A DNA stretch of 64,000 nucleotides, taken from Hydrolagus colliei (taxonomy: Eukaryota). Position 1 is the stretch's first letter. The number at the start of each line of letters is the position of its first letter. Position numbers and translations under genes: made by a program. The stretch covers positions 56,110,001 through 56,174,000 of the forward strand of contig CM068745.1 of the NCBI GenBank assembly GCA_035084275.1, read 5' to 3'. This document shows positions 23,626-36,107 of the stretch, in pieces. Under the pieces are notes generated by a model. The model worked only from the letters and a program-made list of their open reading frames with translations, was not told the DNA's origin and ran no database searches.

Positions 23626-26600
23626 CAATGATGATTAATCTTTGCATTGTATTCTGTAATGATGTTACTGAGCTGCATTTACAAAATTATATTTATATTA
23701 TAAAATTGTACAACATAACACCACATATTTACTGACATGGATTTAAACTCTTAACACCACCACCACCCCAAGTTGAAGCTTCAGTGAGACTGTTCAAATT
23801 TCAAATGCACAGAATTAGAGAAGTAAACCTGCAGCTTTTGATGACTTCAGATGTTTGAACAACAAACTTGTTGTTTCACTCTCCATGACCACATTGAAAA
23901 ACATTTTGCAGTTTGAAATATATTTTTGATATATTTGTTGGAAATGCACTATAATTGAGTGCATTTCCAACAAACGCACTCAATTATAGTGGAGTGTTTT
24001 TACAATGTTATTTCTTACATTTTGGATTGTACCATGTGACACTCATCTCCATTCTCAGCGCGCTGTCTCCTGACTTGCTCCAACATGCTAGAACTGTCAG
24101 AAAGTAGCTGTGGTTGTTTAAAATATATATTAGAACATGACTAACCAAAAATGCATAACTTCAAAATAACCACACTCTATAAAAGAGATGTGCACACATT
24201 TTCATCCATTACTGCTTAAATAAATCTATTTTCCCCTAAAGCACATATATTTATAACTGCTTTGGTTTTTGTGCATACTGTTCGTGCCTGTGATGTGGCT
24301 AATTAAACCTGTTTGTAAGGTAACTGCAATAACAAGCTTGTAGCTACTGGCATAAACTGGAATATCAATTGCCAAAAAGCCCTGTAGTCATGCAATGAAA
24401 GCTGAACCAGGAAATAGAAACAACATAGAAATAAGTTTACATGAGTTTTGAGGTTTAAGATGTAACAATTTCTAACACAATTCCTTGACGAGGAATCCGA
24501 ATGGGACATCTGAAATCAAACATTCCTTTTTCATTAATTTTACAAAAGTATATATGTGTAAGGTAGCAGAATGAGGGACTGATCTAACAAAATTATTTAG
24601 TACAGTACTACTCTCAACTCTTCTAAGACCCTGAATTCCATCTTAGCATTTGCAACATTATAATAATAATCCTTGCATTAAATGTCGAGCTTTATCATAT
24701 TGTTGGGACATCTCAAAGCGCTTTGTAGAAATACTGTCAAGTAATTGATTGTTCATTTTGCAGGTGAAAATTTACTGGTAAAATTTGAATAAAAAGAACA
24801 CAGCCCTATTGCTTTCATGGATAGCTGTAGGGCTTATTTGTGACAAATGTATCCCCATTTACAGAGCGTAAAGCTTAAATAGTCCTCGTTAATGGGAGGG
24901 GTTCGGAGTTGCATCACTTTCCTATGTAAATTCGGCATTCTATGAGTATTACCAATGCTAATACATGTCTACTTGGTGATTGGTAGAATTAACAAATTGC
25001 ATGCTACTCTCCAAAAAAAACAGTGTGGCAGATTGTATAGGAGGTAGGATGGGGAACCTATTCCTTTACCTAAAACATTCTTTATTTTCAGTTACGGCTG
25101 CTTTGAGTCATCAATATATGTCACTTGGAGTATTACTGTAAATAGAAGCACCTCTTAAAAATAATAAGAAATCTATTAAAAATCATGTTTCATATGAAGC
25201 CTTTTATGTTGAGATGAGTTTCACAGGATATACTGTAAAGTGCTCTGAGTAACTACTCTGCTTGGAGGAGACTTGTTTCTCTATCAGAGAGCTCTTGTGT
25301 TCTATCATCATTCAGTGCTAAGCAACATGTATATTTGTTTGTTTCAGATTCCCAGCATCTGTAATATTTTGTGTTTTGTATATTTGTGCATTTGCTTTGG
25401 TAATATTCCTTCAGCTCCCTTCACAAGACAAAACCCACGAAATTGCTGTTGTTTCATAAGTGCATTACATATCTCAGAATGTACCTTCATCGACCCTACT
25501 TCAAATACAAATTTGTGCAAATACATTCACTGCAGGAGAGTTTGAAATGAGGTGAATTGGGATCTTGGTGGGCCCTTATTGAGTGGAGGCTGCTGATCGC
25601 TCATGTTAAAGAATGCCTTCCCTCCATTCAGATAACATTGAAAGTAATCTGGTTGGTAGCCGCCACTGGCTGTCTGCATTACAGCTTGCCAATGCACAGA
25701 CAATCTGCAATGGAGATGTGAATTTTAATGAGGCGATGTGATTGTTTTGGCATGTTTATGGTGGCTAAGGTTAAGTACTTTAGCATTCATGTGGCTTTTG
25801 GGGGCATAAAATACATCATCATTAACATTATAGAGCCTTTGTTATGGCACAGTTGTTCTTGCTATCCAGATAAACATCGATTGAAAGATCGTACGTCACT
25901 AGCTTCAGCATTTGGAGGGAAAGCAATCTAAAACGCAATATTTGCAACTGGAATCCTAAATAGCAACTTCTGCTAGTAACCAGAAAAAGAGACATTGACG
26001 CATTCAAACTCGCATTATGAATACCGTATTTCAGATCCTCCTGATATTTCAAATGGAATGCAATATTCTAAATGTAATCCCACTACTGTATTCTGTTTAA
26101 CAAAAAATACCTTATCCTTTAATATAACTCCTGCCCTTGGCTCCACACCTTAATGCTCCATTTGTTTCTTTAATTACCATTTCACATTGCATGGGAATCA
26201 TTAAAAGTCTATCACCACTCTTAAATCTTGTTGCTCATCCATCCTTTTATTTGTCATCTATTCATTTATTTCATTAACAAAAACTATTCACCAGATCAAC
26301 AACCTTCAGCAAAACATTATTCCAGGAGCACTTATTTAATCATATTTCACCTGCAAGTGAAGATTTCCAGCATTTGCACACCTGTGAACTTGTCATATGC
26401 AATAATTAGAGCAGAACAATTCTTACTGTGGATTAATTGCTCTGCAAGAAGAGCCTTTTGTATTAACATGCTTACTGAATACAAAACAAAACATGTCAGC
26501 CACAGCAGTGTCCCAAAAACAGTTGTGGATTAAAGTGACCAATTTTTTTAAAGGAACCTCAGGTGCAATAGAGGACATGAGCTGCAGAGTTTTTGGATGA

Positions 26601-26664
26601 TCTGCAGCTGTGGTGGGAAGAGTGCACCTCAGGCACTGGCAGCATCAGCATCCGCATCCATAGA

Positions 26665-27650
26665 TGCACACTCCACCTTACCAAGCCACCTGGGTGTCTT
26701 GTTAGACCCTGAACTGTCCTTTCTCCCCCATATCTGTGCCATGACCAGCATTGCCTTTCAACACCTTCGCAACATCAACATCTTCACCACTACCTCATTC
26801 CTCATGCTATTGAAACCCTTCACAACCCTTTGTCACCTCAAGTCTCAACTACAGTAAAAGCCTGTTTATCTGGCACCTGATCAACCGTAACTTCCGTATA
26901 ACTGGCATCACAAAAAAAGGTTCGCATTCGATTAACCGGAATTTATCCAGAAAAATGCATTGAAAAAAAAATGTTTTGGGGTGGGTTGTTTTGCGCTTTC
27001 GGCTGAATATCTGGCAGATGCTTTAACCAGCATTGGCCAGGTCCCAAGGGTGCCAGATAAACGGGCTTTTACTTTACCTCCTTGTTGGCCTTCCAACTGT
27101 TCCCATCACAGCTGCAGATCATCCAAAAACTCTGCAGCTCATGTCCTCTACTGCACCAGGCTCTTCGATCTCATCACCCCACTATCGCCCAGCTACAGTG
27201 ACTCCCCATCCCTCAGAGGATTCAATTCAAGATCCTCGTCCTCACCTTCAAGGCCCTCTACAGCCTTGCCCCTCCTACCTCTGACCTGCTGCCCCCACCC
27301 TATCAACCTGTCCTTTCCCTCCATTCAGCAGGCTCTGTCTTCTGCCCAAACCACCACCATCATCATCATCATCATCATCGATGGCCTGGCTTTTAGACTC
27401 TCTTCCCCAACGCTTTGAAACTCCATCCTACAATTCCTTCGCCTTGCTCCCTCCCTTGCCTCCTCGAAGACTGGTCTCAAGACACTCCTCTTCAACTGTG
27501 CCTTCAGCCACCATCTTACCTCTCTGCCCTCCCTCATCCCAACCCTGCCCCACCGCCCCATACTTAGGTCCTGACCCCTGACTGTTCAGCACCTTGGGAC
27601 ATCCTTCCAAAGTGAAAGGTGCTCTACAAATGCAATTTTGTTGTTGTTGT
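26665..27650 (+). mobile_element. L2 3' region with a nested MITE
   Basis: LGVLLDPELSFLPHI..FQHLRNI and KNSAAHVL motifs; L2 tail aaatgcaattttgttgttgttgt. Confidence 0.85.
26852..27074. mobile_element. Tc1/mariner-superfamily (Tigger-like) MITE
   Basis: Terminal inverted repeats (TIRs) CAGTAAAAGCCTGTTTATCTGGCACC and GGTGCCAGATAAACGGGCTTTTACTT, flanked by TA. Confidence 0.85.
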
Positions 27651-27669
27651 GAAATGCAAGAGGCTATTT

Positions 27670-28499
27670 CATAGATTCATAGATTCATAGAATTTTACGG
27701 CACAAAAGGAGGCCATTCGGCCCATCTAGTCTGTGCCAGCTCTTTGAAAAGAACAATTCAATCCCACTGCCCTGCCCACTCCCCATAGCCTAATAGACCT
27801 GTTCTCCCTAAATAAAGATTTAATTCCCTTTTAAAAGTTGTTATCGAATCAGCCTCCACCACCTTTTCAGGCAATGCATTCCAGATTCGAACAACTCGCT
27901 GAGTGAAAAAAATTCTCCTCAGCTCCCCTCTACTTCGCCTTGAAACTATTTTAAATCTGTGACCACGAGTCACGGATTCGCCCACGAGTGGAAATAGTTT
28001 TTCTCTATTTGCCCTGTCGAAACCCCTCGTGATCTTATAAACCTCTATTAGGTCTCCCCTCAATCTTCTCTGCTCCAGAGAGAATAACCCTAGCCTATCT
28101 AGCCTCTCCTCATAGCTGAAGTCCCTCAATCCTGGCACCATCCTAGTAAATCTTCTTTGTATCCTTTCCAATGTCTTCACATCCTTTCTGTAGTGTGGTG
28201 ACCAGAATTGAACACAGTATTCCAGCTGAGGCCTCACCAAAGTTTTATAGAGGTTAGTCAGCACTTCCTGACTTTTGTACTCTATACCCCTATTTATAAA
28301 GCCTAGTATCCCATATGCCTTCTTAACAGCCTTGTCTACCTGTCCTACCACCTTCAACGAGTCCCTAACACAAATCCCCAGGTCTCTCTGTTCCTTCACA
28401 CCATTTAAAATTGTACTATCTAGCCTATATTGCCTCCCTTCATTTCTTCTCCCAAAATCCATCACCTCACACTTCTCTGCATTAAACTTCATCTGCCAT
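27670..28499 (-). mobile_element. CR1 LINE 3' fragment (copy C)
   Basis: Open 244-aa ORF2 C-terminus, (ATAGATTC)n tail, near-identical to the 3' part of copy B. Confidence 0.97.
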
Positions 28500-29677
28500 A
28501 GGATCTAGGATTCATCTGCCATAGGATTTCTACCTGCTGGCGACTACATTTGCAGCAGCACACTGACTTTGTTGCTAAGGAGTGAGCTTGTTTTTCAAAA
28601 ATAAAAGAATTGCACAGTAGGTTATCCAATCACATTTTGTTCTACTTTTCTTTTTCTCTGCTGTTCTGTTATCCTGTAGATGGGTATTATTATATGCATT
28701 CCTCAAGTGTAAAATGTTATAAAAATACAACAACTTGCATTTACATAGTACTCCTCAAGTAGAGGAGCGTCCCAGAGCGCTTTGCATCTCCAAAAATAAG
28801 AAGGTCAGAAGTGGATAAAGTTCCTTTTGAACAATCCAAAATGGAAGAGTAACCATGAAAAGTTCACATGATTTGCTGAGTGTTGTCCTCTTTGTATCTT
28901 TGTGAATAATGATGTAGCATCAGACGATCATCACTTTGGACACTAACACTTGAAGTTCGGATGAAGAGAAGGTCAGGAATCTGAGACCCCCTAATACTAA
29001 ATGCAAAAACACATGTCTTATAGAGTTATCTATCGAAGAACAAATACTTAACCACCGTGTCTGGGTTGTTACAACATTGCAAAAATAAACACAAAGAAAT
29101 TCAAAGAATAAGAGAGAACAGTGGATTCAAAAGAGACGATGTGTAAAATGACAATAGGTTAAATTTTACACAGTGTTATTCTTCTCACAGTATTCACAGA
29201 TTTAAAGTATCAGAAAGTAAGCAGTATTCCAAGGAATAGCATCCTTAACCATCGTTTACATGTTCCATTCTGCAGCAGATAGTCAGTAAGTCCACAAACC
29301 AGTCCAATCTTAAACCACATGGCAACTTAATCAGAGAGGATAATGAGTATCATAGTTGTAGCACCATACATGCAATTTCACTTGTCCAATTACAGAAGTA
29401 ATTTGTTCTGCTGATGAGATTAACATTCACCTTGTATTACAGGAGAATGTTAGCCTTGATGTAAGTAATGTGAATCCTAAATTCTCAGTGCTAAAGATGT
29501 CCTAGGTGGTTTATGTTTTTATATTCTTCATTTATTTAATTTTGTATTGTATAAAAGCAATAAAATGTCTAATTGGTCTGAAAATCATTTTTTTCTTATG
29601 TTCTTATGTTTTTATATGTTTATCAAAGGAATTTCCATTGTAAGTGCACAGGTTTTTTAAAAATTATTAGTTAGCAT

Positions 29678-29920
29678 ACAACAACAACAAAATTACATTT
29701 GTATAGCGCCCTTCACGTCGGGAGGACTTCCTAAGGTGCTGGACAGTCAGCATTTCAGACCTGAGCTAGGGTTGGGATCAGGGAGGGTGGAGGGAAGGAA
29801 GGAATTAGGGGTGACCAATGGAACCATCAAAGAAGAGGGTTTTGTGAAGTCCCTGAGGTGAGGCTTGAACTCGCAGTCTCCTGCCCCGGAGCCGAGAGAA
29901 CGACTGAATGAGCCAGGCTT
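29678..29920 (-). mobile_element. L2 3' end (29678-29845) abutting a tRNA-like SINE head (29846-29920)
   Basis: L2 tail; minus strand reads GCCTGGCTCA..GAGTTCAAGCCTCACCTCAGGGACTT (A- and B-box-like). Confidence 0.65.
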
Positions 29921-30039
29921 TTTGTTGCAAGACCATGTAGCGGCTTGTGGGCTCAAAAGCTACCCTCAGGCCAAAACCCATGGTTTGTTTGACGCACGGC
30001 AAATATTTACAGGCATTGCTGGCTCAGTCAATAGGCATT

Positions 30040-30432
30040 TAACAACAAATTTACACTTGTATAGACCTTTCACATCACGAAGATGTCCCAAGGCACTGGT
30101 CAGTCATTGTTTCAGATCCAAGCTGAGTTGGGGTCAGGGAGGGTGAAGGGAGGGAAAGTGGGCGATTTGGGGTGATTGATGGGACAATCAAAGAGGAGGG
30201 TCCTGAGGTGGGACTTGAAGGAGGCTAGGGAGGAGGTGAGGCGGAGGGACTGTGGGATGGAGTTCCAGTGGGTGAGGGTAGCGTGGCTGAAGGCTCACCC
30301 ACCAATGGTGGGGTGGGTGGGTCAGGGGACATGGAGCTGGCCAGAGCCAGCTGAGCAGTGGGGGCAGGCAGGTTGGTAGGGAGTTAGGAGGTCGCGGAGT
30401 TAGAGTGGGGTGAGGCCATGGAGAGCTTTGAA
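30040..30432 (-). mobile_element. L2 3' region
   Basis: Reverse-complement L2 tail and 3' ORF2 remnant. Confidence 0.85.
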
Positions 30433-31119
30433 GGTATACAGCAGGAACAGAAAGAGAATACTGCACTCTCAAATGGGATCTTTCAGTGACTGTTAATTGA
30501 GGATATAAAGGCAATTATACAAGCAATACTGTGCTATAACGGTGAACAAGGCAATTAAAGGAAAATCACTACTGGACATGGGACATCTGGGCAATAGTGG
30601 TAATTCATGTTGTTTAGCTCCAGAGTTATCTTTAACTTTATTGGTGCATTCAAAACATTATTAGAGTTCTCAAATAGGCATTAGACAAAGCATGGGGCAA
30701 TATCAATTATTGTGACAGGATCAATATGCTATGGCTGAATTACCTGCACACAAAAACTACAAATGCCTCAAGTATTCTGTTGAATAGGCAAGTTATTGCT
30801 AACACATGCTGGAAAGAAACTTGGAATTAAAGTGTATTCCTGCCACAATCGTTTGCTAATATTTCACCAATGGTTCACTAATTAAAGCGCTCTGAGACAC
30901 CGTCCGGCATGGAGGGCACTATATAAATCGAATTTGTTGTTGTTGTAATATATGGTCAGCTGTGGTCTGAAGATCACTGAAAAAAGCAGAATAATTGGTT
31001 TACTAAATTAATTGAAAGCATTCTTCAATGATGAAGTCACAATTGGATTTTAATAAACAAGTCACAAAAGCTGTGAATCTATCTGTGTTTCTAATGAATT
31101 GTGCAACACATTAGAATGT

Positions 31120-33645
31120 AACAACGACAACAACAACAAATTACATTTATAGAGCGCCTTTCACGTCGGGAGGACGTCCCAAGGCGCTTCACAGGAGGCG
31201 TGTGACCCGAGCTGGGAGGGGAGTGTTTGGGAAGGGGTGAAACACGAAGGGGAGGTAAAAGAGTTCGGGGTGGAACAAAAGGCACGATCGAAGAGGAAAG
31301 TCTTCAAACCGGACTTGAAAGAGGAAAGGGAAGAAACGAGAAGGAGGGATGGAGGGATGGCATTCCATAGGGTGGGAGCGGAGAAACTGAAGGCCCGGCC
31401 TCCAATGGTGGGGCGGTTCGGGCGGGGGGCTTGGAGCAGGCCAAGTCCTGTTGAACGGAGGGTCCGGGTGGGCGTGTAGGGGGAGAGTAGATCGGTTAAA
31501 TAGGGTGGGGCAAGGCCGTGTAAGGCCTTGTAGGTGAGGACGAGGATCTTGAACTCGATCCTCTGGAGGATGGGGAGCCAGTGGAGACGGGCGAGGGTGG
31601 GGGTTATGTGGTCGCGGAGGCGGGTGCGGGATAGTACACGGGCTGCAGAGTTTTGGATGGCCTGCAGCCTCTGAATGGAGGAACTGGGGAGGCCGATGAG
31701 GAGAGAATTTCCGTAGTCCAGCCGTGAGGTGATGTATGGATGCACGAGTGTTTCGGCAGCGCAGGGGGTAAGATAGTTGCGGAGCCTGGCAATGTTGCGC
31801 AGGTGGAAATAAGCGGTGCCGGTCAAGGCGCGGATGTGGGGGAGGAAGGAAAGTTTTTGATCGAACATGATGCCGAGGTTCCTGATTGGCTTTGTGAGGT
31901 GGAGAGTGCAGCCTTGGTTATTGAGGCTGGCAGCGCCTGATGTGCGGAGGCGCTCGCTTGAGCCAATCAGGAGGGCCTCGGTGTTACTCACGTTCAATTG
32001 CAAAAAGTTGTCCCTCGTCCACAACTCGATGTCGGACAGACATGCTGTCAGAACATCGATCGTCTGGGGGTTGAGGGATGAGGCAGAAAGGTACAACTGG
32101 GTGTCATCCGCATACATGTGGAAATTTACCCCATGTCTGCGGATGACGTCACCCAGAGGGAGCGTGTAAAGGGTGAAAAGGAGGGGGCCTAAAACAGAAC
32201 CCTGAGGAACGCCGTGAGAAACTGTGCGGGGGTTTGAAGAAAAACCATTGGAAGAAACAAAATGTAAACGGTGGGTCAAATAAGAGTGGAACCAGTCAAG
32301 GACTGTGCCTTGAAGGTTGAGGTGGGAGGAAAGACGTTGAAGGAGGATGGTGTGATCGACTGTGTCGAATGCAGCAGACAGGTCAAGGAGGACGAGGAGG
32401 CAGAGGGAGCCCTGGTCACAGGCGGTTAGGATGTCATTTGTGACCTTGACCAGGGCAGTTTCAGTGCTGTGGATAGGGCGGAAACCTGATTGGAGTGGTT
32501 CAAGAAGTGAGTGAGTTGAAAGGAAAGAGCGGAGCTGGGAGGCAACCACTCTTTCAAGGACCTTGGATAGAAATGGGAGGTTGGAGATGGGTCGATAACT
32601 TGATGGTTGCGACGCATCAAGGGAGGGTTTCTTCAGGATAGGGGTGATGGTGGCTGTTTTAAGGGAGGTAGGGACGGTGCCTGAGGAGAGGGAAAGGTTA
32701 ATGGTGTCAGAAATAAGCGGGGCTAACAAATGGAGCTGGGTGCGGAGGAGGGGGGTGGGGATGTGGTCCAATGAGCACGTGGTGGGTTTCATGGAGGTAA
32801 TTGTTTTTGTGACTGAAAGCGGGGTGGTGGGGTTGAAAGTGTGAAATGGGGGGTGAGTAGGGGTTGAGGTAGCTGATGAGGGCGCGGAGGTGGAGGAGTG
32901 GTGGGGGGAGGAAACCGCAGAGCGGATTTTCTCAATTTTGGACTCGAGGAATTCCAGCATCTCCTCACAACGAACGTTTGAGGAGAGGATCTGCGAGGTG
33001 AGGCGGGGGGGGCGGAGGAGCTGGTTGGTGGTGGCGAAGAGGAGGCGGTGGTTGTCCTTCGCTTCCAGGATTATCCTGGAGTAGAAGGCTGATTTGGCGG
33101 TGGCTAGGGAGGAGCGGTAAAATTTGATGCGGTCCAGCCAGATTTGTCGGTGGACCGTGAGGCCAGATTTGAGCCAGGTGCGTTCAACTGCTCTCACTTG
33201 GCTTTTGAGGGAACGGAGGTGAGTTGTGTACCACGGTGATGATCGGGAATGGGAGACGGTTTGGAGGTGAGGGGGGCCAGGGTGTCGAGGGTAGTGGAGA
33301 GGGTGTTGTGGAGGGCGGTGGAGGCGGAGGATGGGTCGGTACAAAAAGAGTGCCACTGTGGGAGGAGGTCGGAGGTTTCTAGGACAGAGGTGAAAGTTTG
33401 AGGGGGAATCTTCTTCCAGGGCCGGTAGAAGACGGTGGTGGGTTTGGAAGTGGAGGGGGGATGGATAGAGATGTTGCAGGAAATGAAAAAATGGTCGGAA
33501 ATGGCCTTGTCTGTGATGGTGACGCCAGAGACGTTGAGGCCTCGGGTGATCACCAGAGCGAGAGGATGGCCGTGGGCGTGGGTGGCAGTGTTAATATGAA
33601 GGGAGAAGTTGAAAGACGAAAGTAAAGAGGAAAATTCAGAGTCAT
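31120..33645 (-). mobile_element. Young L2 LINE, 5'-truncated within the endonuclease domain; RT region open
   Basis: APE C-terminus (H.HGHPL.LVITRG, ISDHF) in ORF 33194-33679 and RT (YRPISNLPFLSKVLE, LLDLSAAFDTVDH, GVPQGSVLGP, YADD) in ORF 31161-33356, joined by one apparent frameshift. (CAA)n tail, CpGs retained, possible TSD AATGTAA. Confidence 0.97.
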
Positions 33646-34937
33646 GTAATGTAAATGTAAAGAAAAACCTGTTAAACAAATGACTCAGTTGGCAGAATGC
33701 TCATCTCTGGGTTAAATAATTGGCATAACAGAACTTGAACTCATAATCAAGATTGACAGAGAGAGGCACTGAGGTAAATTGGACATACAACTCTTCAGTG
33801 AAGTATTAAAATACTTTCTGTGAGTTCAAATTCAAGTGATGAATGCAGAGACTCAATTTACATTCCTCCCTCTTGCAAATTTATCAAATTACATACTAAG
33901 GGTGGACATTAATCTCACTCCATTGTTTGGGGGCATTAATGACACATTTGCTAATATAACAGTCAAAGTGAATATGTGAAACACTCTGAATCATTTTAAT
34001 TTGCTGATGTCCTATACTAAATCTATTTTTTTTAAAAGATGGAGCATCTTATTTATTTTTTTAGAACAAATATTTGTCTAATCGTTGTAAAACAGGTAAT
34101 ACAGATCATCTAGATTTTTGCAGACAAATACTTTAAATTAAATATTATTTGAGGAAATGAAAACTTTAGAATAATAATTTGTTTGTTATATATCATTTAT
34201 TTATAATGCTCTAAGATCTTATTTTATATGAAGGGCACTCATATAAATGCAAATTGTGTTTTATATTGCTAATGCAACATCTGAAAAATACCCCCAAGGT
34301 TTATCTCAAACTGATATTTTATCTGTAGTGGATTCAAAACATCTCAAGTATATCCCTTCATTGTTCTCTCTAAATATATACACAAACTGAATCCTTAATA
34401 CGATTCTTACAAAAGCCATTAACATTCTGAAACATCAACGGCTGTGAGCAGTTTGTCCAATCTTCACAACATCCCATTATCTTATTCAAGAATAGACAAG
34501 AATAGATAATCAAGGTCTCAGTGCGGTGTAATCTACTTACACCTTTGAATGAAGCTGGATTACACAAACTCTGGTCATCCAAGGGTATTTAAACATTGAA
34601 AAAAGACAAGGAAACAGAAATATTCTGTGGAGAAAGAAGCCATTTGCCCCATTGCATGTGCATAGCTATTAGCATTTTTTTTAAATGTATTCAGTTTTCC
34701 ACCCATATCACTCAATGTATTTACTGCTCAGGTGCTTACCCAGTTTTCCTTGGAACATTACGGACCCAGCCTCAATAGCAATGTGCAGTTTCTGTTTTGT
34801 ACCCTCTTAATGTTTAGATACACTTGGTCGACTTCAGTTTCCATAATACAGCCGCATTTTAAGGAGTCAATAGATAATGTTCAATTGTAACCTTGATTGA
34901 TTATTTTTGAACAATATAACAGGAAGCTATTAAAAGT

Positions 34938-36107
34938 GATCATAGAATCATATGGTACAAAAGGAGGCCATTAGGCCCATCTAGTCTATGCCGGCTCCTT
35001 GAACAGAGCAACTCAATCCCACTGCCCAGCTTTCTCCCCATAACCTAACAGACCTGTTCTTCCTAAATAAAGATCTAGTTCCCTTTTAAAAGCTGTATTG
35101 GAATCTGCCTCCACCACCTTTTCAGGCAATGCATTCCAGATTTGAACAACCCACTGAGTGAAAAAAATTCTCCTCAGCTCCCCTCTGCTTCGTTTTGAAA
35201 CTATTTTAAATCTGTGACCACAAGTCACTGATTCGCCCACCAGTGCAAACAATCTTTCCCTATTCACCCTGTCGAAACCTCTCATAATCTTATAAACCTC
35301 TATTGGGTCTCCTCTCAATCTTCTGTGTTCTAGAGAGAATAAGCCCAGTTTATCTAGCCTTTCCTCGTAGCTGAAGTCCCTCATTCCTGGTACCATCCTA
35401 GTAAATCTCCTCTGCACCCTTTCCAATGCTTTAATATTCTTCCAAAAGTGTGGTGACCAGAATTGTACACAGTACTCCAACTGAGGCCTAACCAAAGTCT
35501 TATAAAGGTTAATCAGCACTTCCTGACTTTTGTATTCTATACCCCTATTTATAAAGCCTAGTATCCCATATGCCTTCTTAACGGCTTTGTCTACCTGTCC
35601 TGTCACTTTCAAAGAGTCATTAACACAAATCCCCAGGGCTCTCTGTTCCTTCACACCCTTTAAAATTGTACTATCTAGCCTATATTGCCTCCCCTCATTT
35701 CTTCTCCCAAAGTGTATCACCTCACACTTCTCTGTATTAAACTTCATCTGCCATGTGTCTGCCCACTTTACCATTTTATCTATATCCTCTTGCAGATGGC
35801 TACTATCCTCTTCACTATTTACTATTCTCTCTAACTTAGTATCATCTGCAAATTTAAAAACTGTACTCCCTAAACCTAAATCCCAATCATTAAAAGAGCA
35901 GTGGTCCCAAAACTGATCCCTGGAGGATGCTACTGCACACTTCCCTTCAGTCTGAAAAGCAGCCACTCACCACAACTCTCTGCTTTCTGTCTTGCAGCCA
36001 GTTGTGGATCCATGCAAGACTGTCCCTTTAATGCTGTGGGCCTCTATTTCCCTAATAAGTTTCTCATGCGGCACTTTATCAAATGCCTTTTGAAATTCCA
36101 TATAAAC
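34938..36107 (-). mobile_element. CR1 LINE (copy D)
   Basis: FKFADDTKL RT motif, ORF2 C-terminus and CR1 3'UTR. Confidence 0.96.
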
